A DNA stretch of 64,000 nucleotides, from IMG/VR virus record IMGVR_UViG_3300034061_004620; one strand, written 5' to 3'. Below the pieces are notes generated by a model. That model was not told where the DNA came from. It saw nothing but the letters and a program-made list of their open reading frames with translations, and searched no databases. The stretch's first letter is position 1; the number at the start of each line of letters is the position of its first letter. Below, one piece after another: positions 36,164-46,676 of this stretch. The stretch is from a virus. Lineage: Duplodnaviria > Caudoviricetes. The translations under genes were made by a program, and so were the position numbers.

Positions 36164-37081
36164 ATGGAAAAACAATACTTAGATGCATTGCGTGATGTTT
36201 TAGAAACAGGAACACGCAGAGACGATCGTACGAGCGTAGGCACCGTATCAAAATTTGGTATGCAGCAACGTTATGACTTATCAAAAGGATTCCCGGCAGT
36301 AACTACAAAGAAACTGGCCTGGAAAGCTGTTATTGGTGAGTTACTTTGGATGATAGAAGGCAGCGGTGACGAACGCAGACTTGCTGAGATAACACACGGT
36401 ACGAAAGATGGTGTTGTAACTATTTGGACGCCTAATGCACTGGCGCCTTATTGGAAGCCCAAAGCCAAATATGAAGGTGATTTGGGTCGTGTGTATGGTG
36501 TACAATGGCGTCGTTGGCGCAGTATTAAAGAACGAGAAGCAAATGGATCATTTACTGACAGCTTTGGCTCTACTTATCGAAGAGTAGGTAATGCAGTTGA
36601 AGTAAAAGAAATTGACCAACTCAAGAATTTGATTGAAGGTATACGGGCGGACCCACACGGACGCAGGCATATATTATCTGCATGGAATCCAGGCGAATTA
36701 GATGCCATGGCTCTGCCCCCGTGTCATTGCTTTGCACAGTTTTATGTAGCAGACGGACGGTTGTCATGTCAGATGTATCAGAGATCCTGCGATATGTTTT
36801 TAGGCGTTCCCTTTAACATCGCGAGCTATAGTCTACTCACACACATGATAGCACAGGTGTGTGATCTGCAAGTAGGTGAGTTCGTTCACGTACTCGGCGA
36901 TGCTCATGTATATCTGAATCATGTAGAGCAGGTAAAAGAACAATTGCAACGTGAACCATTACCTGCTCCAACTCTTTGGTTAAACCCTGCTATTAAAGAT
37001 ATAACTAAGTTTAGTATCGATGATATTCAATTACATGATTATCGTCACCATGATCCTATAAAGGCTACAATGGCAGTATGA
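36164..37081 (+). CDS. thyA: Thymidylate synthase
   Basis: RDDRT, TTKKLAW, LPPCH, YQRSCDMFLGVPFNIASY, GDAHVY. Confidence 0.97.
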   Translation: MEKQYLDALRDVLETGTRRDDRTSVGTVSKFGMQQRYDLSKGFPAVTTKKLAWKAVIGELLWMIEGSGDERRLAEITHGTKDGVVTIWTPNALAPYWKPKAKYEGDLGRVYGVQWRRWRSIKEREANGSFTDSFGSTYRRVGNAVEVKEIDQLKNLIEGIRADPHGRRHILSAWNPGELDAMALPPCHCFAQFYVADGRLSCQMYQRSCDMFLGVPFNIASYSLLTHMIAQVCDLQVGEFVHVLGDAHVYLNHVEQVKEQLQREPLPAPTLWLNPAIKDITKFSIDDIQLHDYRHHDPIKATMAV

Positions 37082-38592
37082 AAATATTACTTATCGGAAA
37101 CGAAACCAGAGATACAGACTTACGTGCAAGTATTTTAGCAAAAAACTTAAAGTATGAAAAAAATGGCCTATTAGCAATGCCATTACCTGACACAATTGAT
37201 GACGGCATTTATCACACGAGTGTAGTAGACATCCACCCTGGTGATCTAATTAAGGTTTCTAATAATTTTGATCGTATAATTTTGGCCGATCAAAACATTA
37301 AAAGTTACCCACATTATAAAACTTTTGTTACTACAGTGCGATTTTTTATAGACTTAGAAAATAATAAAACCAATGTTACATTTAAAGAAAATAAAAATGT
37401 ACAAAGTTATTTACAATGGAAAAAATTTTTAACGCATAACAAAAGTTTTTGTTTTTATCCTTTTCTTGCTTTAATTGACAACTGGCAGGATACTACAATT
37501 TGCCCAAAAAACTTTGTTCCTATTGATAAAATTGGCCACACGTCTGAATGGCAAACAAATAAAAAATATATAGAAATAAGAAACAACATGGCACAGGGAA
37601 TACAAATGCCAGAAAGATGTCATGACTGCTACGATAGAGAAAATGAAGGACAGGAAAGTACGCGACAATTTGAAACACTGGAATGGACTCAACGCTTAGG
37701 CCTAAATTCAGTAGATGATTTTTTTAAAATTACTAATCCAGTTTATTATGAAATTAGACCAAGTTCAACTTGTAATATAATGTGCAGAACATGCGACGAT
37801 TTTCATAGCACACTTATAGAAAAAGAATGGAAAAAGATTAACATACCTTTAGTTACAGAAAAGTTAGGAAATTACAGAAATACTTCTTTTGATATTATAA
37901 ATTTTGATACGTTGGAGAGAATTTATGTAGGCGGCGGAGAGCCAACAATAATGCCAGAATTTTATTCTTTTTTACAAAAGTGTATAGCACAAGGTAAGAC
38001 ATCATTCGAATTAAACATTGGCACAAATGGTATGTTTTTTTCAAAAAAATTAATTAGCCTATTGGATAATTTTACTGATGTTTGTTTTTCATTTAGTTAC
38101 GATGGTTATGGTAAAGTAAATGACTACATTAGATGGAAATCAGATTTTGATACAATTGTCCAAAATGGACGTATGCTTAGAGATAGAGGACACAAAATAG
38201 CATTACAAACTGTATTTTCTATGTACAGTATTACAAGAATACACGAGGTTTTTGAATTTTTTGATCAAGAATATTTAGGGAGCGGTCTATTAGTACAGGT
38301 AGCCGGTGGATTTGATAATATATTCATGCCGTATAATCACCCACGCCCTGATCTTGTAGTGCAGTCAATGATACAATGTCAAAAAACCAAAATATATTAC
38401 ATGAATGGTAGGTCAATAAAATCAATGGTTGATCTTTTACTTGATTACTACTCTAATCCCAATTACAAATGTGATCCGGTGATGTTAGAAAAATTTTACA
38501 GTATCAATGATAAACTTGATATTTCAAGAAAATCAAATCTAATAGATTATATACCCGAATTAGCCGAAGCAAGACACTTGTATAACTTATGA
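37078..38592 (+). CDS. Radical SAM protein with extra N-terminal domain and SPASM/twitch-like domain
   Basis: CFYPF..ICP..CHDC, CNIMCRTC, GGGEP. Confidence 0.88.
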   Translation: MKILLIGNETRDTDLRASILAKNLKYEKNGLLAMPLPDTIDDGIYHTSVVDIHPGDLIKVSNNFDRIILADQNIKSYPHYKTFVTTVRFFIDLENNKTNVTFKENKNVQSYLQWKKFLTHNKSFCFYPFLALIDNWQDTTICPKNFVPIDKIGHTSEWQTNKKYIEIRNNMAQGIQMPERCHDCYDRENEGQESTRQFETLEWTQRLGLNSVDDFFKITNPVYYEIRPSSTCNIMCRTCDDFHSTLIEKEWKKINIPLVTEKLGNYRNTSFDIINFDTLERIYVGGGEPTIMPEFYSFLQKCIAQGKTSFELNIGTNGMFFSKKLISLLDNFTDVCFSFSYDGYGKVNDYIRWKSDFDTIVQNGRMLRDRGHKIALQTVFSMYSITRIHEVFEFFDQEYLGSGLLVQVAGGFDNIFMPYNHPRPDLVVQSMIQCQKTKIYYMNGRSIKSMVDLLLDYYSNPNYKCDPVMLEKFYSINDKLDISRKSNLIDYIPELAEARHLYNL

Positions 38593-38816
38593 TTTTCCAT
38601 GAGTTCAACTTAGGTGATGTTGAAGATCCTGAAATATACGCTGCCACACCACTTTGTGATTGGCAAAACTCTGAACAGGGTAGGTGGATCATGCAACATT
38701 GCAGAGATCCAAAATACAAGGTATCTGTGGATCCATACAACTATGGTTATAAGGTCATTGTGTATGGAGATCTTACACCCGAAGCCGCAACCTATTTTAC
38801 CTTAAAGTATAAATGA
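38589..38816 (+). CDS. Hypothetical protein
   Basis: ATGA coupling; ends YFTLKYK. Confidence 0.6.
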   Translation: MIFHEFNLGDVEDPEIYAATPLCDWQNSEQGRWIMQHCRDPKYKVSVDPYNYGYKVIVYGDLTPEAATYFTLKYK

Positions 38817-39781
38817 AAACATTTATCACCGGCGGAGCTGGTTTTATTGGACACAATGTTATTAAACTCTTACGAGATAAGGGTGTAGATTGTTACAGCG
38901 TAGATTCAAGAACAGACTACGGCTTCATACCCAACGATGAACTTGATTACTTGATTAAAGGTAGAATCAATAGATCAGGCTTTGCACCTTTGTTTGTGGA
39001 CATCAGAAATACAGAAACAATTAAAAGTCATATTGGTATTTTTGATATTAAATGTATCGTACATCTTGCCAGTTTTCCAAGACAAAAGGTAGTACAACAA
39101 GATCCTGTAACTGCAAGCCAGGTCATGGTAACTGGATTGATAAACTTATTGGAAGCTGCTGTCACATATAAAGTTCGCAGATTTGTGTATATCAGTTCAA
39201 GCATGGTGTATGGCGACTTTGAATCTGGTATTACTGAAGATGCTGTTTGTCAACCACAAGGTCAGTACGGTATAATGAAGTACATGGGAGAAAAATTAGT
39301 CGAGGATTATTGTAAACGACACAACATAGAATATGTTATCATTCGTCCAAGTGCAGTATACGGCGAATGGGATGTTGATGATCGTGTTGTGAGTAAATTC
39401 GCATTAGCTGCACTCAGAAATCAAGAATTAGTTGTACGTGGTGCCAATGAAAGACTTGATTTTACTCATGTACATGATACTGCACAAGGCATTGTGGATG
39501 CTATTTTAAGCCCCAATGCTACTAATAAAATTTACAATATTACTCGTAGTAATCCTGACACAATAACATTAGCAGATGCTGCAAAACTAATAACCAATAT
39601 TGTTGGTAAAGGATCAATTAGAATTGCTGATAGAGATTTAAGTTTTCCCAGTCGTGGTAGATTAAGTATTCAACGAGCACAACAAGATTTTAATTTTACC
39701 CCGACAATTGATGTCAAAAAAGGATTTGAAAAATACATTGATTGGTTACAATCTTCTTCATATTGGCAACATAAGTTATGA
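38813..39781 (+). CDS. NAD-dependent nucleotide-sugar epimerase/dehydratase
   Basis: TGGAGFIG, HLAS, ISSSMVYG, YGIMK, RPSAVYG, DFTHVHD. Confidence 0.9.
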   Translation: MKTFITGGAGFIGHNVIKLLRDKGVDCYSVDSRTDYGFIPNDELDYLIKGRINRSGFAPLFVDIRNTETIKSHIGIFDIKCIVHLASFPRQKVVQQDPVTASQVMVTGLINLLEAAVTYKVRRFVYISSSMVYGDFESGITEDAVCQPQGQYGIMKYMGEKLVEDYCKRHNIEYVIIRPSAVYGEWDVDDRVVSKFALAALRNQELVVRGANERLDFTHVHDTAQGIVDAILSPNATNKIYNITRSNPDTITLADAAKLITNIVGKGSIRIADRDLSFPSRGRLSIQRAQQDFNFTPTIDVKKGFEKYIDWLQSSSYWQHKL

Positions 39782-40878
39782 ATACCATTCCGTTCTTTGG
39801 TATCAATAGACAGTACAAAAATCTACGAGAAGAAATTTTAGATATTACTGATAGAATATATTCCACAGGACGAGTTCTTGACGGCGAATACACAAAACAT
39901 TTTGAAGAAAAAATAGCACGCCGGTGCAATAGAGCTTATGCTGTAGCTGTCAATTCAGGTACACAGGCTTTGATATTTGCTCAATTGGCAGCAATGCATC
40001 AACCTCCTTATTCTGTTCTTATTCCTACCATAAGTTTTGCTGCAACGATCAATAGTGTATTAATGAACGGTTACACACCGGTATTTTGTGATATAGATTA
40101 CAAAGGATTAATGGATCTAAGTTCTTATCAATACAAACTTGACCGAAGTGTAGGTGCAGTAATGTATGTAAATTTGTTCGGAAATTGCATTGATTGGGAT
40201 CAATTTAGAATCCAAACTGAATTTTTTAATGATGGTTTACTTATTATCGAAGATGCTGCTCAAAGCTTTGGTGCTTGTTACAAAGACATACCCAGCGGCA
40301 AGATGGGTGACATTAGTGTATTAAGTTTTGATCCAACAAAGAATTTAAATAACTACGGATCGGGAGGCATGATACTCACTGACGATTTTAAAATTTACGA
40401 AAGAGTTATGTCTCTAAGAGACAACGGAAAACCTCTACACGATCAACCAGGTACTAATAGTAAAATGAACGAAGCTGATTGTGCCCAAATGTTAATTAAA
40501 CTTCAACATTTTGATGCATGGCAACGACGTAGAACAGAGATAGCTAACTATTACATAGACAATCTATATCAATACGTAGATGTACTTGTTCCTAACGAAC
40601 ATGTTACACATGCCTGGCACAAGTTTGTAATTAGGACACACGAAAGAACTGCATTGCAATCAAGACTGGCTCAAAACGGAATTGAAACTAAAATTCATTA
40701 TCAAGATGCCTTATACGATTTAGAAGTAGGCTTTCATTATGTAGATCACGTAGAAGATAGATTTACAGAAACAGCCTCGTTTACCAGAGAATGTCTTAGT
40801 TTGCCTATCTATCCAGAATTGTCAGACTGCGAAGTAGAAACCATTGTAGATTGCATCAAACATTATATAGATTCTTAA
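39778..40878 (+). CDS. DegT/DnrJ/EryC1/StrS sugar aminotransferase
   Basis: NSGTQAL, EDAAQS, SFDPTKNLNNYGSGG, NSKM, LSLPIYP. Confidence 0.93.
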   Translation: MNTIPFFGINRQYKNLREEILDITDRIYSTGRVLDGEYTKHFEEKIARRCNRAYAVAVNSGTQALIFAQLAAMHQPPYSVLIPTISFAATINSVLMNGYTPVFCDIDYKGLMDLSSYQYKLDRSVGAVMYVNLFGNCIDWDQFRIQTEFFNDGLLIIEDAAQSFGACYKDIPSGKMGDISVLSFDPTKNLNNYGSGGMILTDDFKIYERVMSLRDNGKPLHDQPGTNSKMNEADCAQMLIKLQHFDAWQRRRTEIANYYIDNLYQYVDVLVPNEHVTHAWHKFVIRTHERTALQSRLAQNGIETKIHYQDALYDLEVGFHYVDHVEDRFTETASFTRECLSLPIYPELSDCEVETIVDCIKHYIDS

Positions 40879-42703
40879 ATCTTTGAGACAACCAAGGCCA
40901 ATCAAAACTTAACATTAGTTTATTATTGTTACCATTTACTTCATTGTAATAATTAATAGCGTCTTTCGCTCCACGTAAACACCACTCTGCGTTATCTCCA
41001 TTGGCTACGGTTAACCAAGTGTCTAATCTATGTTCTGTTTCAATGGTAGGACTTGTTTCCATGAACAATTTTAATTTTAAAACTTCTCTGAATGCTGTGC
41101 GCCAGGTCATCCAGGGATCGGCATTAAAATAGGCAATAGCACTGAGCTCAGGTATTACTGTGTGTTTTTGACTAAGTGTAAAATCTAATCCGGATTCTAA
41201 AGTTTCCAACACCAGTCTTTTATTATAAGCAATAACACCCATATGCCCGTATTCGAGTCCGTTTAAGCAATTACGACTATGGAATATATAATGTTTAGGT
41301 TCTTGCCAATAATCAGGTTGCCAACCAAAGTCAAAACTGCCCAACACTTCTAATTTTGCAAATACAGCGAAAAACCAGTCCGTGGTACTTGCCGAGGCGG
41401 CTGCATGATATGCAGCCGTTCGTCCGTTTACATTCTGTACTCTTTTTAAACGTTGTGTAGAATGTTTATGGTTCATGGTTACCAAAAGATGATCATACCA
41501 ACGTTCAGCATCAGGTTCACCGTTACTTATATAAACAATATCTAATTCTTTATCTGTATATGCATTTTCTTTACGTCGTAAAACGTATGGATAATCATAC
41601 AATTGTGTTTTAATATGCGCTTGAGCTTCTCTTGGTATTACACTTGTACTACCTGATATATTTAACGCTTCGGCAATACGATCCTTAGGGTGCCACATGC
41701 ACGGAGGAGTAAATACTGGATCAGTTGGAAGCGTATCTAATTTAAAAATAGCGTATGGAAAATTAAATTTGTACTCTTGTACAGTCGGAACTAAACTATC
41801 TTGCCGGTATTCTATTATTGGTACATCAATTGAAACAATTTGATCTGTGCAGTAATGAATCACATTAAACCAATCTAATAATTCTAATTCATACAATTGT
41901 GTTCGCAATGACGGCACATGAACATAAAAAGTATCGCCTCTTTTTTGAGGATACCATTTGTTACAAGATGTAGGAAACACATGTATCATTTCTCGTTGCT
42001 CGGGAGCAGGGTGCCAAGTAAAATCAAATTTTGAGTAATCGCAAAAGCTACTCGTAATCCAAACAAATTCTGTCGTGGCTAAATTTGCAATACGCTTGAA
42101 CACGTTTAAATGGCTATCAACATACCTGGTACTTTTTGCGTCAGGGTGTTGTTGTTGTATTCTGGCAAATTGTTCTGCACTTCCGTCGTTTAAGAAATCC
42201 ATATAAAAGATTCGTGTAGCACCATTACGTATGTGTTGTGCATTTACATATTTGATGCCAGCAGTACCTGGATATACAGGGCCTCCGTCCCGTTGCCACA
42301 ATGTGGGAAAATGGTATTCATAATCTTCTTCTAATTCGTCTGGATGCCAACTGTAATCAAATTTACTGTCGTCTATATTTGCAGGAACTATCCATTTTGC
42401 TTTCTCAACACAGCGTGTGACTTTTTGTTCTGTTCTAAAATGCCATTCTTTATTTTGCACGGTATCTTTATTAGCAAAGTAAGCACCTCCGGAACGTTGC
42501 CATTGTGTACCAAAACAATGCGTTTGATGGGCTTCCCAAGGAGCAGGACGCCAACTAAAATCAAAATTAGTGTAATCGTTACCGCCATAAATATACCAGT
42601 AATATCGAGTTCTACTTTTTTCCGCAGCATCCTCTAAACTACTTGCATATTTCTCAAATTCAAATTTATCGGGCTTAGAGCCGTAATAAAAAACATCAAA
42701 CAT
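40856..42703 (-). CDS. Multi-repeat GT-A-like protein, paralog family B
   Basis: Repeated FD(F/Y)xWxP; C-terminal unit similar to 59904-60851 (TAFREVLKL versus AGFREGVKM). Confidence 0.6.
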   Translation of the reverse strand: MFDVFYYGSKPDKFEFEKYASSLEDAAEKSRTRYYWYIYGGNDYTNFDFSWRPAPWEAHQTHCFGTQWQRSGGAYFANKDTVQNKEWHFRTEQKVTRCVEKAKWIVPANIDDSKFDYSWHPDELEEDYEYHFPTLWQRDGGPVYPGTAGIKYVNAQHIRNGATRIFYMDFLNDGSAEQFARIQQQHPDAKSTRYVDSHLNVFKRIANLATTEFVWITSSFCDYSKFDFTWHPAPEQREMIHVFPTSCNKWYPQKRGDTFYVHVPSLRTQLYELELLDWFNVIHYCTDQIVSIDVPIIEYRQDSLVPTVQEYKFNFPYAIFKLDTLPTDPVFTPPCMWHPKDRIAEALNISGSTSVIPREAQAHIKTQLYDYPYVLRRKENAYTDKELDIVYISNGEPDAERWYDHLLVTMNHKHSTQRLKRVQNVNGRTAAYHAAASASTTDWFFAVFAKLEVLGSFDFGWQPDYWQEPKHYIFHSRNCLNGLEYGHMGVIAYNKRLVLETLESGLDFTLSQKHTVIPELSAIAYFNADPWMTWRTAFREVLKLKLFMETSPTIETEHRLDTWLTVANGDNAEWCLRGAKDAINYYNEVNGNNNKLMLSFDWPWLSQRFKNLYNV

Positions 42704-43826
42704 GTATAATATTCACAGTCATTACGAAAATATATTTTCTTATCTAAAAACATTGGTACCACAACCCAGACTCGTTCATCTGCATCCATTTGGATCAACT
42801 AAAATTGATAATGCCGAGTCAATTAATATTGGGGGATACGGCCCGCTATTTTTTTGTTACGATCAAGAACCAATTATACCAAATTTTAACAGAGAACTAT
42901 TTCAACATGTACGTAATTATAAAGATGATTCAGGTCAACCAAGATCAACTATAGTACTTAACACAGAAAAAAATAGTCAAACTAAAAATACATTCTTAGA
43001 AGAATTTAATTTTGCCGATTGTTATTATTTTTTCCATGCATTTGCCGCGGCAGATTGGTATAGAGGCTATCAATATTGTACAGATTTAATACCAATAGAA
43101 CAACGAAAAATAAAGAAAAAATACATTTCTTTTAATCGTATTACCGGCGGTGCAAGAATGTATCGAACTATTTTAGTATCTGAACTACAAAGGCATGACA
43201 TTTTAAAATTTGGTAATGTAAGCTTTAGTCATAATTGCCCTGAATATGGATCCTATAAAGATTTTTTAACAGACGAAAATTACGTATATCAATTTAATCC
43301 TGGTTATTTAGATGAGGTTAAAGGAATATTAGACAATATAAATTTTCCGTTACGTATTGATAACTTTGGCTTAGAAACAATTCCAAATAACAGTCAGACA
43401 CTAAGTTGTATTCCGGCCTGTATGGAAAGTTTTGTTTATTTGGTTACCGAGACTTGTTTTTTTGATAAAAAATTGCATCTAACTGAAAAAGTTTTTAAAC
43501 CAATAGTGAGTAAGCAACCGTTTTTGTTGTTAGGTTGTGCTAATAATCTACAGTATTTAAAAAGTTACGGATTTAAGACTTTTAACAGATGGTGGGATGA
43601 AAATTATGATGCTATCGAAGATCCATTGACTCGTTTAAAGGTAGTTGTAAATATTCTTAAGGGTATTTGTGAAAAATCAAACGATGAACTCGAACAGATG
43701 CTGTTAGATATGCAGGAAGTTCTTGAATATAATTACAACTGGTTTTACAGCAAAGAATTTTTAGATTTAGTATGGAATGAACTTACAACTAATCTTCAAG
43801 CGGCAATTGCACAATTAAAACGTTAG
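42702..43826 (-). CDS. Glycosyltransferase-like protein, paralog family A
   Basis: LVTETC..TEKVFKPIVSKQPF..LQYLKSYGFKTF. Confidence 0.6.
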
Positions 43827-44232
43827 ACTTTTTCAAAAAATCAATCCCGGCAGTGTCTCGATAACTTTGACTGTAATAGACATCGGTTATCCCGCTTTGA
43901 TAAATTAATTTAGCACATTCCAAACAGGGACTGTGAGTAACAAACAAACTGGCGCCTTCTCCGCTTTCATTTGATCGTGCCAGTTTTGCGATTGCATTGG
44001 TTTCGGCATGCAAGACTTCAGGCTTTGTCGTAAGTCCTACTATTTCTCCATTGGGCCACTTACATTCGTCTTCACAGTCGTTGTCCCATCCCGCTGGCAT
44101 ACCGTTATAGCCAATACTAATTATTCTATCGTGTTTGGCAATGATACAACCTACCTTCAATCTGCGAGCATGACTAAGAGCTGCAAAAGTCTGAGCAGTT
44201 TGCATAAACGCACGTTTAAATTTCTCTTTCAT
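43789..44232 (-). CDS. dCMP deaminase
   Basis: GYNG, HAETNAI, SPCLEC. Confidence 0.92.
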   Translation of the reverse strand: MKEKFKRAFMQTAQTFAALSHARRLKVGCIIAKHDRIISIGYNGMPAGWDNDCEDECKWPNGEIVGLTTKPEVLHAETNAIAKLARSNESGEGASLFVTHSPCLECAKLIYQSGITDVYYSQSYRDTAGIDFLKKSNVLIVQLPLED

Positions 44233-44804
44233 TCCGCACCCATTTGCTTTCTAATAGCAGTGGCCGATATTGCCTGCGTGGCATCATCAAAGGTTTCTTG
44301 TTCAATCAAATAGCCAACATCGCGACCATATGTTATATTCACAATGTTAGGTACTACAATAATTTCGTACATACCTTTATATTCTGGATCTAAATCTGCA
44401 CGAATATAATTTTTAACTTGTTCAAGATCGAATGGATTACTATGATTCCAGCCTTGGCAATCTCTAATCATAATACATACTTGTCCAGTTTTCTTTATTG
44501 CACGGTCAAATAACGCACGATGCCCGGCGTGCCAAGGTTGCCAACGGCCTAACATTTGCACTGTGGGTTTACGCCAATCAAATATTGGCGTATTTGTTAT
44601 TTTAGCTGTATTGTTCATAATTGAGAGATATCCTTCACAATATACATTCCATTTTTCTATATTATTTTCTATAGTCACTTTATCTTTAACAGGCACCTGG
44701 ATATCTAAATGTTCAACCAAGTATTCAGTTTCATTTTCGAATACACGCCATACTTGGCCACTGTTGTTATGCTGATGATTAAATCTTATGTGATATTTGT
44801 TCAT
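44229..44804 (-). CDS. HxGH nucleotidyltransferase fused to an unknown N-terminal domain
   Basis: LGRWQPWHAGH, NPF, YGRDVG, ISATAIR. Confidence 0.75.
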   Translation of the reverse strand: MNKYHIRFNHQHNNSGQVWRVFENETEYLVEHLDIQVPVKDKVTIENNIEKWNVYCEGYLSIMNNTAKITNTPIFDWRKPTVQMLGRWQPWHAGHRALFDRAIKKTGQVCIMIRDCQGWNHSNPFDLEQVKNYIRADLDPEYKGMYEIIVVPNIVNITYGRDVGYLIEQETFDDATQAISATAIRKQMGAE

Positions 44805-45198
44805 AGATAGTTTTTGCCCATTTACCTGCGTCTTGTTCAGTTACTCTGATATCATATTTGTCGGGAGCCACAAATATTTGATTTGTATCTTTGTATCTAC
44901 CTTCTGTAATTGTATCTACCCAAATTAAAAAATGTGGGTCGTATATATCTCGCATTTCTTTAAGCGGACATACAAAGTCAGCTATTATAAAATCACGATT
45001 AGATGTGTCTGCAATTTCTCGCATTCTTTTACTTTGTCGTAGTCTACCCGCTTCACTGAAATCCCAATCATTGAATTTCCTACGTATTTCATCAGCATTT
45101 AACCATAATGCATCAGGAGAAAAATAATTTAATAAATTTATAGCAAGGGTGGTTTTACCTGCGCCTGGCAGACCCATTATAAGTATACGTTTTGTCAT
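44779..45198 (-). CDS. Adenylyl-sulfate kinase-like P-loop kinase (short)
   Basis: MGLPGAGKT, LNADEIR, DFS..GR, FVCP. Confidence 0.75.
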   Translation of the reverse strand: MTKRILIMGLPGAGKTTLAINLLNYFSPDALWLNADEIRRKFNDWDFSEAGRLRQSKRMREIADTSNRDFIIADFVCPLKEMRDIYDPHFLIWVDTITEGRYKDTNQIFVAPDKYDIRVTEQDAGKWAKTIYEQISHKI

Positions 45199-46676
45199 GA
45201 AAATACCTTCACGTTGTATTTACTTTCAAATCTATCCGCATCTACTCGATCGTTTACTATAGGCTCACCCTTAATATTTAAACTTGTATTAAGCAACATA
45301 GGGCAATCCGTTAAAACAAACCATTTTTCTAACAGTTCTCGGATTCCTGAACCATCTCGCGGTACCGTCTGTACTCGACTGGTCCCATCAACATGGCAGA
45401 TAGCAGGAAAACGGTTAGGAAACTTACAACGAGCGACTGACTGCATATAGCGACTATTAGTCCACCCAGGGCTGAAATCAAAGTACTGATCAGCCATCTC
45501 TTCCAATATGACCGGGGCGAAAGGTCTAAATTTTTGTCTTCTTTTGATTTCATTTACTCTATCCTTTATGTTGGGTCCTCTTGGATCTGCTAATAAACTT
45601 CTATTCCCCAAAGCACGTGGACCAAACTCAGCACGACCATTAGCAACACCACAAATACCGTCAGATAGTAAACTATCAAGTATGGATGTAACGGGATATG
45701 CGCCCGGAATATTGTGACCAAGATAAGCATTGACCCAATTAACACGCCGCCCATATTTAAGTGCGGCAGCACCAAGGCTGCTACCAGCATCACCAGGATT
45801 AGGCATAATCCAAATGTTTTCAAAATACTCTCCAAGATTTCTATTAGCCAAACAGTTTAATGCAACGCCGCCCATGTACACGAGATTAGTACTCCAGTTA
45901 AAATCTCTTGCGCGACGCATTACATTATAAATTAAATTTTCTACAGTCTTTTGTGCAGCAGCAGCTATATCAGCATCGTGTATATCTTGCATAAATGTGC
46001 GGTCTGCCCCGGCATGTAAATTGTGCTTAAACGTCACATTCCATTCGTTATTGATTAATGCATCTTGCATAGATGCAGCATGTCCTGTTCTTCCGTACGC
46101 TGACATTCCCATTAGAATATATTCGTCTTCGTTGGGCTTAAGACCAACTCTTTGTGTCATGGCAGAATAAAACAAGCCAATACTGTGAGGATATTGTTGC
46201 GACCATAATTTTTTATATTGTGCATAACCACGTCTATCATATTCTGCACCATATATACTGATAGTATCCCATTCTCCTATAGCATCAATAACAACCACTG
46301 TGGCACGATCATACGTACTGGTTTGAAATCCGGCTGCTGCATGACTGAGATGATGATTATGAGAACTATAACTGGGAATGTGTGCCCATCCTCCAAACTG
46401 TTCTGTTAAGATTTTCTTGGTAGATAGTTGATTCCACTCTATCCCTTCGCCGCTATATAACCTACGTAATTGCTTCTTCCATGGAGATTCATAATATGCA
46501 ACATGATGAATAGGAAAGTAGTCCATCACATCATCCATTAATGTGCGACAGATGTTTGAGTCGTTCTTCGACTTGCTATAGCGTTCGCTATGAGCAGCAA
46601 ATAGTATATCGCCTTGTGTATTAATTACACTAACTGCGGCGTCATGAAAGCCAGCTGATATTCCTAATATATTCAT
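45195..46676 (-). CDS. Carbamoyltransferase (CmcH/NodU/TobZ family)
   Basis: HDAA, HHLSHAA, GGVALNC, EFGPRALGNRS, FRPFAP, LNTSLNIKGEP; start at 46676. Confidence 0.93.
   Translation of the reverse strand: MNILGISAGFHDAAVSVINTQGDILFAAHSERYSKSKNDSNICRTLMDDVMDYFPIHHVAYYESPWKKQLRRLYSGEGIEWNQLSTKKILTEQFGGWAHIPSYSSHNHHLSHAAAGFQTSTYDRATVVVIDAIGEWDTISIYGAEYDRRGYAQYKKLWSQQYPHSIGLFYSAMTQRVGLKPNEDEYILMGMSAYGRTGHAASMQDALINNEWNVTFKHNLHAGADRTFMQDIHDADIAAAAQKTVENLIYNVMRRARDFNWSTNLVYMGGVALNCLANRNLGEYFENIWIMPNPGDAGSSLGAAALKYGRRVNWVNAYLGHNIPGAYPVTSILDSLLSDGICGVANGRAEFGPRALGNRSLLADPRGPNIKDRVNEIKRRQKFRPFAPVILEEMADQYFDFSPGWTNSRYMQSVARCKFPNRFPAICHVDGTSRVQTVPRDGSGIRELLEKWFVLTDCPMLLNTSLNIKGEPIVNDRVDADRFESKYNVKVFS

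Noticed and set aside
36164-37081. dCMP hydroxymethylase
   Set aside because: It keeps the dUMP-specific Asn (PFNIASY) and is paired with DHFR.
45195-46676. 5-hmC DNA carbamoyltransferase
   Set aside because: No hydroxymethylase is in the window and the neighbours are glycan-type enzymes. Not fully excluded.
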